A program made the position numbers and the translations under genes. The notes under the pieces are model-generated. The model saw only the letters and a list, made by a program, of their open reading frames with translations. It was not told the DNA's origin and searched no databases. From contig NZ_CP065936.1 of assembly GCF_003367075.2 (NCBI RefSeq), positions 210,001 through 242,000 of the forward strand: a stretch of 32,000 bases of DNA, given 5' to 3'. Origin of the DNA: Cylindrospermopsis raciborskii Cr2010. GTDB lineage: Bacteria > Cyanobacteriota > Cyanobacteriia > Cyanobacteriales > Nostocaceae. This document shows, piece after piece, positions 1 through 8,579 of the stretch (the stretch's first letter is position 1; each line of letters opens with the position of its first letter).

Positions 1-438
1 GATAATCAAGCCAACGCTAGTTACAATCGCATTCGCAATCTAGTCAACGAAGAACTTAAGTCCTATTTCCGTCCTGAATTTCTCAATCGAGTTGATGAGA
101 TTATCGTCTTCAGTCAGTTGAATAAAGACGAGGTCAAAGAAATTTCCCAGATCATGCTTGAGGAAGTTGCTAAGCGTCTCCAAGAGAAAGGGATTAAGTT
201 AGAGGTGACAGAAGCATTTAAAGACCTAGTAGTTACGGAAGGCTATGATCCTAGTTATGGTGCTAGACCATTACGTCGGGCCATAATGAGACTATTAGAG
301 GATTCCTTAGCGGAGGCCATTTTGTCTGGTGAGATTAGAGAAGGTGACCAGGCCATTGTGGATGTTGATGACGATGGTTTGGTGAAGGTGAAGAAAGCAG
401 AAACCCGTGACTTGGTACTAGTTAGTGCTCCTGCTTAG
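1..438 (+). CDS. clpC: ATP-dependent Clp protease ATP-binding subunit ClpC, C-terminal part (5' truncated by window start)
   Basis: Frame 1 is open from base 1 ([40 protein letters not shown]...) to a TAG at 436-438. It contains [15 protein letters not shown] and [15 protein letters not shown], typical of the D2 and C-terminal domain of ClpC/ClpB. The listed ORF start at 118 is internal. Confidence 0.93.
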   Translation, partial: DNQANASYNRIRNLVNEELKSYFRPEFLNRVDEIIVFSQLNKDEVKEISQIMLEEVAKRLQEKGIKLEVTEAFKDLVVTEGYDPSYGARPLRRAIMRLLEDSLAEAILSGEIREGDQAIVDVDDDGLVKVKKAETRDLVLVSAPA

Positions 439-454
439 TATTAGTAATGGTTAG

Positions 455-505
455 TCCTCCCACAATCCCCATGGATTCTATCCATGGGAATTGTCACTAG
501 GAGGA
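455..505. terminator. Strong hairpin between convergent clpC (+) and the TerB-like gene (-); probable bidirectional terminator or 3'-end structure
   Basis: CCCATGGAT (468-476) / loop TCT / ATCCATGGG (480-488), extended by CAAT...ATTG and the outer arms TCCTCC (455-460) / GGAGGA (500-505). There is no clear U-tract. Confidence 0.5.
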
Positions 506-513
506 TTGAGCAG

Positions 514-1572
514 CTAACTATCTCCAAAGTCCATGGTCTCAATAAACTCTAAAATATTCTGCTTCATGTCCTCAGCTTCATCTAGAATGGAACCTCGAAG
601 GTCACCAGTAAAAAATGTTCGTTGACTGCTAACTATATACAGAAAATTGCCATTAGTGAATGTCAATAAGCCACGGTACGCATCTAGTCTTGTTGGGTTA
701 CCATTGTTTTCCCTTTGGGAAATGCTTGAGCCTTTAGGCATGTCCACTAATACATAATAATAACTACTTAAAGTATCTTGGAGTAAGCTATCCTGTAGGT
801 ACTCAGTATACTTAATTTCTGCGCCCGGGATATGTTTTAAAATAGCTTGAGGTAAATATCTTTCAATTAAAACAGAGTGGAGATATGTTTCTTGTCCTTG
901 TTCCTCCATAGTTTCTAAATGTTCTTTAGTAAGGGGATAGTAATCAATTCTGATAAAAGTTCCCCCACTGTCAGAGAAACCAACCATTCCCTGTTGACTA
1001 ACAATTTTTCCTCCTCGTTCTGATGTTACAGGTACAACAACTCTGAAATTATTTGAAGGAGATTGGTATATTTCCTGTCCTAATTCATCTACTATGATTT
1101 CCGGTTGTTTTAATTCTTGTGGATCTTCTATTACTGCTATTACCTCTCTAATAACTTCCTCAGCTTCTATATCCTGCAATTCTAAGGCTTGTTGTAGTTG
1201 TTTGATGTATGACTGTTTTTCCTTGGGTATGGTCATACTCTCTTCTTCCAATAGCATTACTACACCAGCAGCAAACGCATCCAAAACTATATCACTTTTT
1301 AAACTTGTATTGGCAGTATTAAATAGGGAACCTAATCCTTCCTCCTGAGCAATAATTACTAGTCTATTGACCATTTCTAAGATTTCCTCTTGGGAGTACC
1401 CATCAAAAACCTGAAATTCTAGTAAGATATCCGCTAAACTTTCCGTGTCTATATCTTCTATAGTACAGTCAACAGCTGCACTAATAATTGCTATAGCTGC
1501 TACTGCTTCCTCTGAATTTAGGGATTCAGTTGTAAATGCTGAGGAATTAAATATTTTATCATACTTGGTCAT
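514..1572 (-). CDS. TerB-like (tellurite resistance family-like) N-terminal domain fused to an uncharacterised C-terminal domain
   Basis: 352-aa ORF. N-terminal SEEAVAAIAIISAAVDCTIEDIDTESLADIL...EGLGSLFNTA...AFAAGVVMLLEEES resembles the acidic helical TerB fold. The C-terminal ~180 aa (NNFRVVVPVTSERGG...) are not recognised. Confidence 0.6.
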   Translation of the reverse strand: MTKYDKIFNSSAFTTESLNSEEAVAAIAIISAAVDCTIEDIDTESLADILLEFQVFDGYSQEEILEMVNRLVIIAQEEGLGSLFNTANTSLKSDIVLDAFAAGVVMLLEEESMTIPKEKQSYIKQLQQALELQDIEAEEVIREVIAVIEDPQELKQPEIIVDELGQEIYQSPSNNFRVVVPVTSERGGKIVSQQGMVGFSDSGGTFIRIDYYPLTKEHLETMEEQGQETYLHSVLIERYLPQAILKHIPGAEIKYTEYLQDSLLQDTLSSYYYVLVDMPKGSSISQRENNGNPTRLDAYRGLLTFTNGNFLYIVSSQRTFFTGDLRGSILDEAEDMKQNILEFIETMDFGDS

Positions 1573-1913
1573 AATGATAGATCACTCTTATTAATTGGTA
1601 ATATCCCGGTCAGAAAAAATTGACTTTTTATGCTCTCACCAGAAAATTCTGGATTTTCGATTTGACCTTGAACTGGTATATACCCAGAGAGTTATACTCC
1701 GGGTTATCCATAGAGCGCGGTAATAGATCATTAACACCCTGATTAAAATCTGCTATATTATCTCAAATTATGGTTAATTTTTCTCGGTTATCCCAGGGAA
1801 AAATTTATAGCTTTAGAGAGAGTGGGACGATAGCCAACAGCGCCTTATTATATCACAGTTATATCACAAAAAAGCTAAGTTAGGATTAAATTTAACTTAA
1901 CCATGAAAAAATA

Positions 1914-3413
1914 ATGACCAAAAGAACATTTCGTCTCAGTATACTAGGAATATTTATATTCGCCGTCGGTTTACGGTTTTGGGGATTGGCTAGATTTAAT
2001 ACCTTGGTGTTTGATGAGGTTTACTTTGCACAATTTGGCAACAACTATTTAACAAAAACGCCATTTTTTAATGCTCATCCTCCCTTGAGTCAGTACCTAA
2101 TTGGTCTAGGAATTTGGATAGGTAGTCATATTCCCTTCTGGCAAAATAGTCTTAATAGTTTGACGGGTTCCCTATTATCTTCTTGGAGTTATCGTTGGGC
2201 AAACGCATTAACAGGTTCTTTGATTCCGGTGATAGCTATTTTTTTGAGTTATCAGTTAAGTTATCGTCGTGGTTTTGCACTATTAGCAGGTTTATTTACA
2301 GCTTTAGATGGTTTATTTTTAGTAGAATCTCGTTATGCTTTGAGTAATATATATATAGTATTATTTGGCTTACTTGGGCAATGGTTTTTATTGTTGGCAT
2401 TAGAAAAAAGACCTGGGCAAAAGTGGGAGAAATTAATAAAATTACTAGTAGCAGGAATTTGCTTTGGTGCTTCCTTAGCCACAAAATGGAATGGATTGTG
2501 GTTTCTACTAGGTGTTTATGGAATGTGGATAGTGGGCTGGATAATTAGGTGGTTACAACCTGGCAAAAATGAACCAAACCAAGGATTCCATCAAGAATCA
2601 AACGAAGAATTAAGGGTGAAAAACGAGCCAGATATGGTGATAATTCCCCTGGCAAAAATTACCCAGATTAATATTTGGCAGATGGGATTTTTTTTAGGAG
2701 TTATTCCCCTGATTACATATAGTTTGATTTGGATTCCCCACCTCCAACTTGATCGTCGTTATGGATTTATAGAAGTTCATCAACAAATTTTGAACTTTCA
2801 TCTTCATTTAGGGGGTAATGATTCCAGTGTTCATCCTTACTGTGCTCCATGGTATAAGTGGCCATTAATGACTCGACCCATGGCTTATTTTTATCAGAAA
2901 AGCCAAAGTTTTCAGGATCCCCTACCTGTGTTTGGACCACCCTTACCAGCTGCATCTGGCAAAGTAATTTATGATGTTCACGCCATGGGTAATCCTCTTT
3001 TGTGGTGGTTTGGAATTACTGCAATTATATTGTTGTTACAAATTGTATTTATTGGCATTGTTCTTCCATCAATTCAACAAAAACGATTATTTATCCCCAG
3101 AAATATCAGTGTGGATACTTGGATTGGTTTATATGTAGTGATTAATTATGCTGCTAATTTATTGCCTTGGGTGAGGGTGAGTCGCTGTGTATTTATTTAT
3201 CACTATATGAGTGCTTTAGTATTTGTATTTTTGGCTCTAGCCTGGTTTGTGGATTGTTGTTTACGCAGTAATTACAAGTCAATGCGTATTTTGGGTTGGA
3301 CTGTTACTGGTTCCACAATAGCTGCTTTTATTTTTTGGTTACCAATTTATTTAGGGTTACCACTTTCATCAGCAGATTATTGGCTACGTATGTGGTTTAG
3401 GAGTTGGATTTAG
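1914..3413 (+). CDS. Phospholipid carrier-dependent glycosyltransferase / PMT (dolichyl-phosphate-mannose-protein mannosyltransferase-like) family
   Basis: 499-aa multi-TM protein with an early DE motif (NTLVFDEVYFAQ) and a PMT_4TMC-like C-terminal section (GGNDSSVHPYCAPWYKWPLMTRPMAYFY). Confidence 0.85.
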   Translation: MTKRTFRLSILGIFIFAVGLRFWGLARFNTLVFDEVYFAQFGNNYLTKTPFFNAHPPLSQYLIGLGIWIGSHIPFWQNSLNSLTGSLLSSWSYRWANALTGSLIPVIAIFLSYQLSYRRGFALLAGLFTALDGLFLVESRYALSNIYIVLFGLLGQWFLLLALEKRPGQKWEKLIKLLVAGICFGASLATKWNGLWFLLGVYGMWIVGWIIRWLQPGKNEPNQGFHQESNEELRVKNEPDMVIIPLAKITQINIWQMGFFLGVIPLITYSLIWIPHLQLDRRYGFIEVHQQILNFHLHLGGNDSSVHPYCAPWYKWPLMTRPMAYFYQKSQSFQDPLPVFGPPLPAASGKVIYDVHAMGNPLLWWFGITAIILLLQIVFIGIVLPSIQQKRLFIPRNISVDTWIGLYVVINYAANLLPWVRVSRCVFIYHYMSALVFVFLALAWFVDCCLRSNYKSMRILGWTVTGSTIAAFIFWLPIYLGLPLSSADYWLRMWFRSWI

Positions 3414-3419
3414 GAACGA

Positions 3420-5564
3420 TCAACACTCAAAGCGATCGCACTCCCCAACTTTTTGGTAATTATCAGAAAGTGCTGTTCCTTGAATAGTGAGCATCATAGT
3501 ATTAATCAATGCTTTTCCTTTGAGGAGTGTTTCTTGAAACTCCATTTGGGGATCTGAAAGTGCGACAATACCACCACCAACCCCGATGGAAGTTTGTTCG
3601 GGTGTTATAACAGCAGTACGAATCACAATGTTTAAATCAGCTGAACCATTCAAACCCAAAAAGCCGATCGCTCCTGAATATACTCCTCTTGCTTCTTGTT
3701 CTAATCGGTCAATAATTTCCATAGTTCTGATTTTTGGAGCCCCCGTCATTGAACCACCAGGGAAAGCATTACGAATGCAATCTATAGCAGTCATTCCTTC
3801 ACGTAAATAACCCCGAATAGTTGTTACCAGTTGATGTACAGTGGCATAAGTTTCTACTTCCATTAATTTGGGAACATGAACAGTACCAACTGCACAAACT
3901 CTTCCTAAATCATTCCTAAGTAAGTCCACAATCATCAAATTTTCTGCCCGATCTTTTTCGCTATTGCGTAATCTTTCACCCAGGATAAAATCTTCTTCTG
4001 GTGTTTTTCCGCGTGGGAGTGTTCCTTTAATGGGCTTAGTTTCTACCCAACCTTGAGGATCAATTTTTAAAAATCGTTCAGGAGATGAACAGGCGATCGC
4101 TAGATTACCAAAACGCAAAAATGCCGAGTAGGGAGCAGGATTAATTGAACGTAAGGTGCGATAAAATGCCAGTGGGTCAGGAGTGGTATTTGTTTTAATT
4201 TGATTGGTTAAACAAACTTGATAAGTTTCTCCTTCGTGAATTTCGACTAAACTTTTCTGAATATCATCAAGATAAGTTTTTTCAGATCGACTTAATCGAA
4301 AATTCACTGGTGTTTCTTTCTTTTCAGTAATAACAGGAGACAGAGGAGGTAGATTTTTAAGCTGTTGTTCCATCCATGTAAACCAGGTTTCTGCTGAAGC
4401 TGTTTCTCCTGACACAGTTAGGAAAAGTAAATAAACAGTTTGTTCTTGATGATCAATGGCAATCATGCGATCGGCAAACAAAAACATAGCATCAGGTAAG
4501 GTAGAATGATGCTTTAATTTGACTCCACATTCTGCCTTTAATTCATACCCAAAATAACCCACAAACCCGCAGTTAAAATCAAAGGGTAAATCATCAGATT
4601 TACAGTGTCTTTGTTCTAGTTCCCCCTTGAGATACTCAAAAATTCCCTCTTTCTTCAAACTGATCTGATCATATTTTGTAATTGTTAGTTCTTGAGATTG
4701 TGTTTGATAACGAATCAATAGACTGTTTTCACCACTACTATCTCCCATAAAAGAAAAGCGAGAAAGACCAGGTTCAACCCGACTACTATCTAACCAGAAA
4801 GCATTGGTTGATTCGCCAAACAAATGTACAAACATTTGCTCAGTATTAGGACAAAAACTTAATTTGCGTGTACGAATTTCAAACTTTTGTTGCTGTTTTT
4901 GTTCAGAAAAATTGGTTAATAAAGGTGCATTTTGATTATTTATCATCCAATATTTCTTAGTCATATTTTTGTTATTATCTTGGTTAAATTTATGGGTAAT
5001 CTCTTTAAAATTCTCAAATAAAGTATGTCCATATTCAGTACAGATTGACTCTGGATGAAACTGCACACCCCAACGTGGTAAAGAACGATGACGTATTCCC
5101 ATAATCAAATTGTCTTCTGTCCAGGCCACCTTTTCTAAACAGTCTGGTAAGTCATCTGCAACTAATAAGGAATGATAACGCACCACAGAAAAAGGAGAAG
5201 GAATTCCTGTAAGAACATCAGTTCCATGATGATAAACATCACTCAAGCGACCATGATGAACTTCTGGTGCATGAATAACTTTTCCTCCATACCCATTACC
5301 CAGTCCCTGATGTCCTAAACACACACCTAAAAGCGGAACTTTTGTATTTTGAATAGCTTGATGACAAATGCCAAAATCTTTTAAGTTCTCAGGACGACCA
5401 GGACCTGGTGAAATCACAATATTATCAAATTCCCACTTTTGTAGTTCTTCCCATGCTATTTGGTCATTGTATACTACAATCGGATACTCTCCATTAACTT
5501 CGGCAATTAATTGATAGAGATTGAAAGTGTAAGAGTCATAGTTGTCAATAATTAGAGTTTTCAT
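3420..5564 (-). CDS. pabB: Fused aminodeoxychorismate synthase (PabA glutamine amidotransferase + PabB chorismate-binding)
   Basis: N-terminal class I GATase (GVCLGHQGLG, GVQFHPES) is fused to a chorismate-binding domain (ETKPIKGTLPRG, DLLRNDLGRVC, GSMTGAPKIRTMEII). The PIKGT lysine motif favours PabB over TrpE. Confidence 0.85.
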   Translation of the reverse strand: MKTLIIDNYDSYTFNLYQLIAEVNGEYPIVVYNDQIAWEELQKWEFDNIVISPGPGRPENLKDFGICHQAIQNTKVPLLGVCLGHQGLGNGYGGKVIHAPEVHHGRLSDVYHHGTDVLTGIPSPFSVVRYHSLLVADDLPDCLEKVAWTEDNLIMGIRHRSLPRWGVQFHPESICTEYGHTLFENFKEITHKFNQDNNKNMTKKYWMINNQNAPLLTNFSEQKQQQKFEIRTRKLSFCPNTEQMFVHLFGESTNAFWLDSSRVEPGLSRFSFMGDSSGENSLLIRYQTQSQELTITKYDQISLKKEGIFEYLKGELEQRHCKSDDLPFDFNCGFVGYFGYELKAECGVKLKHHSTLPDAMFLFADRMIAIDHQEQTVYLLFLTVSGETASAETWFTWMEQQLKNLPPLSPVITEKKETPVNFRLSRSEKTYLDDIQKSLVEIHEGETYQVCLTNQIKTNTTPDPLAFYRTLRSINPAPYSAFLRFGNLAIACSSPERFLKIDPQGWVETKPIKGTLPRGKTPEEDFILGERLRNSEKDRAENLMIVDLLRNDLGRVCAVGTVHVPKLMEVETYATVHQLVTTIRGYLREGMTAIDCIRNAFPGGSMTGAPKIRTMEIIDRLEQEARGVYSGAIGFLGLNGSADLNIVIRTAVITPEQTSIGVGGGIVALSDPQMEFQETLLKGKALINTMMLTIQGTALSDNYQKVGECDRFEC

Positions 5565-5678
5565 TTTGTAAATCTCGCAAGTAGGTTGAAATTTTATTTC
5601 CAGAGCTGTTTGTCAATCCCATCTAATATCCTCCCTACGACCACCAACACCTGATATTCCCCGTGGGTGGATAAAAAT

Positions 5679-5707
5679 GTTGGGTTTCGTTCCTCAACCC
5701 AACCTAC
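5679..5707. repeat. Half copy of a dispersed palindromic repeat (GTTGGGTTTC-N5-TCAACCCAACCTAC)
   Basis: Matches 10090-10118 except in the loop. Internal 8-bp stem GTTGGGTT/AACCCAAC. Confidence 0.7.
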
Positions 5708-5940
5708 ACTAAGATTTTGCGCCATTTCAGGAGTGACTACGATATCACATTCCTACCCCTTCGACCACGAAAAAACTTATCTCAACCTCCTATAAATATA
5801 ATTTTTTCTTATTTTTGCCATGTTATTGTGGTAAATTACCTGAGAAGGCGATCGCTCGGTTACTTAAATTCCTTATTATACAATCCTGTTCCACAAGAGC
5901 TTATAATTTTACCGAGAGTGGTGTAAACATTTCAATTCAT

Positions 5941-6936
5941 ATGGCAACCAATCAATTAATATCATTACCCAGTATGGGATGTGGGACATGGTCTTGGGGG
6001 AATCAACTGCTTTGGGGATACAAACAAAGCATGGATGAGCAATTACAAGAGGTATTTAATCTTTGTGTAGATAATGGTGTCACCCTGTTTGACACAGGAG
6101 ATTCCTATGGAACGGGAAAACTCAAGGGAAGAAGTGAAATACTGTTAGGAAAATTCAGCAGAGACTATGAGCATTCCCATCCAGAGAGACTGAATCAACG
6201 CGATATTTGTATTGCGACAAAATTAGCAGCTTATCCTTGGAGATGGACGAGAAAATCCATTATTTCTGCTTGTGATGCTTCCGCTAAAAGACTAGGTAAA
6301 AATGTTGATTTAGTTCAGATGCACTGGTCAACAGCCAATTATGCACCTTGGCAAGAATTAGGCTTATTGGATGGTTTGGCTGACTTATATGCACAGGGTT
6401 TGGTCAAAGGTGTGGGACTGTCTAATTACGGAACTAAAAGACTTTTATGGGTACACAAAAGATTTGCCGAAAGAGGTATACCTATAACAAGTCTACAGGT
6501 ACAATATTCTTTGTTATCAACCTATCCGGTAACGGAATTGGGTTTAAAAGATGTTTGTGATAGTTTGGGGATTAAATTAATTGCCTATAGTCCCTTAGCA
6601 TTAGGTTTACTTACGGGTAAGTTCCGAGAAAACGGCCAATTGCCCAAAGGAATACGGGGAATTTTATTTCGACAAATGTTACCGGGTATTAAGGGACTTT
6701 TGGGAACTTTAGAAGAAATAGCAAATAGTCGAGGTAAAACCATGGGTCAAGTAGCTATTAATTGGTGTATCTGTAAGGGAACAATTCCTATTCCTGGTGC
6801 TAAAAATCGAGAGCAAGCAAAACAAAACTTGGGAGCTTTGGGTTGGTTTTTAAATAATGGTGAGATAGCTGAATTAGATGTTGCAGCTAGCAAGAGTGAG
6901 AAAAAAATGGTGCAGAACATTTTTCAAACTAATTGA
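5941..6936 (+). CDS. Aldo/keto reductase
   Basis: GVTLFDTGDSYGTGKLKGRSEILLGKF, CIATKLAAYPWRWTRKSI, DLVQMHW, GVGLSNYG, YSPLALGLLTGKF. The family-like sequence begins at Met 5941 (MATNQLISLPSMGCGTWSWGNQ). The longer ORF start at 5815 is probably not used. Confidence 0.9.
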   Translation: MATNQLISLPSMGCGTWSWGNQLLWGYKQSMDEQLQEVFNLCVDNGVTLFDTGDSYGTGKLKGRSEILLGKFSRDYEHSHPERLNQRDICIATKLAAYPWRWTRKSIISACDASAKRLGKNVDLVQMHWSTANYAPWQELGLLDGLADLYAQGLVKGVGLSNYGTKRLLWVHKRFAERGIPITSLQVQYSLLSTYPVTELGLKDVCDSLGIKLIAYSPLALGLLTGKFRENGQLPKGIRGILFRQMLPGIKGLLGTLEEIANSRGKTMGQVAINWCICKGTIPIPGAKNREQAKQNLGALGWFLNNGEIAELDVAASKSEKKMVQNIFQTN

Positions 6937-8180
6937 CAAGGTGGTTCAAGGTGAAGATAATACCAGACAAAGATAATATAAATTTTGATCCCCATGGGAG
7001 CAACCCCTATTTATGGAAGTTTTGGGGTGTTCTCCCTATTTATCCCTACAATCAACGTCGCACTGTTCGTCAAGAGGTGGTTAAGGATACTATCTGGACC
7101 TTTGATCAAATCCAGGGGGTTTTTTATGTGGTTGTACCCATCCGCATGACGGTGATTAGGTTGGCACAAGGTGGTTTGTTAGTATATGCACCTGTTGCTC
7201 CCACTAGGGAGTGCATTAAATTAGTAAATGAATTAGTGTCCTTGCATGGAGATGTAAAGTACATTATTTTGCCTACAGTCTCTGGACTTGAGCATAAGGT
7301 GTTTGTGGGACCGTTTGCTAGGGAATTTAGTCGAGCAAGGGTTTTTGTAGCTCCCGAACAGTGGAGTTTTCCCCTGAATTTACCTTTGAGTTGGTTAGGT
7401 CTACCAGGGAGGCGCACCCAAATATTACCTGAAGATCCTTATGAGACTCCCTTTGGTGATGAGTTTGATTATGCTATCCTTGGACCAATTAATTTGGGAC
7501 TAGGCAAATTTGGAGAAGTGGCTCTTTTCCATAAGCAATCCCGCACTTTAATGGTTACGGACACAATAGTTTCCGTTTCCGTGGATCCACCAGCAATAAT
7601 TCAATTGGACCCATTCCCCCTACTTTACCATGCTCAGGAAAAAGGTGGTGATACTGTTCCTGATAGTTTACAAAACCGACGGAAAGGGTGGCAAAGAACT
7701 GCTCTCTTTGCTTTTTATTTCCGTCCCAGTGTGGTGGATATACCTCCATGGAAGGATATATGGCAAGATGCCAAAAATTTGTCCCAGCGCAATTTGAGAA
7801 ATTATTTTGGTTTTTTCCCCTTCCGCTGGAAACCAGACTGGGAAGAGTCTTATGAGTTGCTCACCAGGGGAGGAGAAATTTTTGTTGCTCCCGTTTTGCG
7901 AACCCTAATTTTAAACAGGGCTCCCCAAGTAACTATAAATTGGGCAAACCGGGTAGCGAAGTGGGATTTTGCACGGATTATTCCCTGTCATTTTGACGCA
8001 CCCGTTACTGCTACTCCCCAAGAATTTAGAAGAGCTTTTAACTTTTTGGAGAAAGGTTCTGGTGACTCACCGGATAGTAATAATAAGGTGGAGGATGATT
8101 TACAGGTTTTGAGGGATATTGACCAGGGATTAAATAATTGGAAAATTGTCCCACCCGCTCAGGATTATTCAAAACCATAA
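6933..8180 (+). CDS. DUF4336-like domain-containing protein (metallo-hydrolase-like fold suspected)
   Basis: 415-aa ORF overlapping the upstream stop by 4 nt. Contains CIKLVNELVSLHGDVKYIILPTVSGLEHKVFVGPFAREF and FARIIPCHFDAP, as in cyanobacterial DUF4336 proteins. Confidence 0.65.
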   Translation: MTRWFKVKIIPDKDNINFDPHGSNPYLWKFWGVLPIYPYNQRRTVRQEVVKDTIWTFDQIQGVFYVVVPIRMTVIRLAQGGLLVYAPVAPTRECIKLVNELVSLHGDVKYIILPTVSGLEHKVFVGPFAREFSRARVFVAPEQWSFPLNLPLSWLGLPGRRTQILPEDPYETPFGDEFDYAILGPINLGLGKFGEVALFHKQSRTLMVTDTIVSVSVDPPAIIQLDPFPLLYHAQEKGGDTVPDSLQNRRKGWQRTALFAFYFRPSVVDIPPWKDIWQDAKNLSQRNLRNYFGFFPFRWKPDWEESYELLTRGGEIFVAPVLRTLILNRAPQVTINWANRVAKWDFARIIPCHFDAPVTATPQEFRRAFNFLEKGSGDSPDSNNKVEDDLQVLRDIDQGLNNWKIVPPAQDYSKP

Positions 8181-8205
8181 TTGAAAACCTTAACCGGAAT
8201 TCCAG

Positions 8206-8223
8206 GGTTCGGTTTACCGAACC
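8206..8223. terminator. Perfect 7-bp stem/4-nt loop in the convergent DUF4336/lapA-like gap
   Basis: GGTTCGG TTTA CCGAACC centred in the 50-bp gap between two convergent stop codons. Downstream U-tract is weak. Confidence 0.45.
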
Positions 8224-8230
8224 TTATCTT

Positions 8231-8509
8231 CTACCGAAAATCCTCATCCACAAAAAAGTCCCCTTCCTCATCAGCGGAATTCCCAGATCCCCCCATGTTC
8301 CCCAACAATTGCCCAAATGATACGGTAATTAAACCGACCACTACCCAAAAGGCTAACATTAACCCAAAGGGAACTTGTATAGATTGAAAAACTAAAAATC
8401 GTAGGGATATTGGTGTGGCATTTTGTACGGAAATTAACGCGATCGCCAGAATCCAAGTAGCTAGAACTACTGATAGAAATAGTGTAAATAGACTGGGGAG
8501 GTTTTTCAT
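8231..8509 (-). CDS. LapA-like (DUF1049) small membrane protein
   Basis: Two hydrophobic segments in MKNLPSLFTLFLSVVLATWILAIALISVQNATPISLRFLVFQSIQVPFGLMLAFWVVVGLITVSFGQLL; SVQNATPISLRFL is typical of the family. The internal Met is preferred over the ORF start at 8569. Confidence 0.7.
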   Translation of the reverse strand: MKNLPSLFTLFLSVVLATWILAIALISVQNATPISLRFLVFQSIQVPFGLMLAFWVVVGLITVSFGQLLGNMGGSGNSADEEGDFFVDEDFR

Positions 8510-8579
8510 GGTTGAGGAATTAAAAAGGAGTTGGGGGGTCAAAAGGTAGAATTTTCGCTCGTGACCCAATCCCTATTCA

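Noticed and set aside
5815-5940. N-terminal extension of the aldo/keto reductase ORF
   Set aside because: The sequence MPCYCGKLPEKAIARLLKFLIIQ... does not look like the family, and recognisable homology starts at Met 5941.
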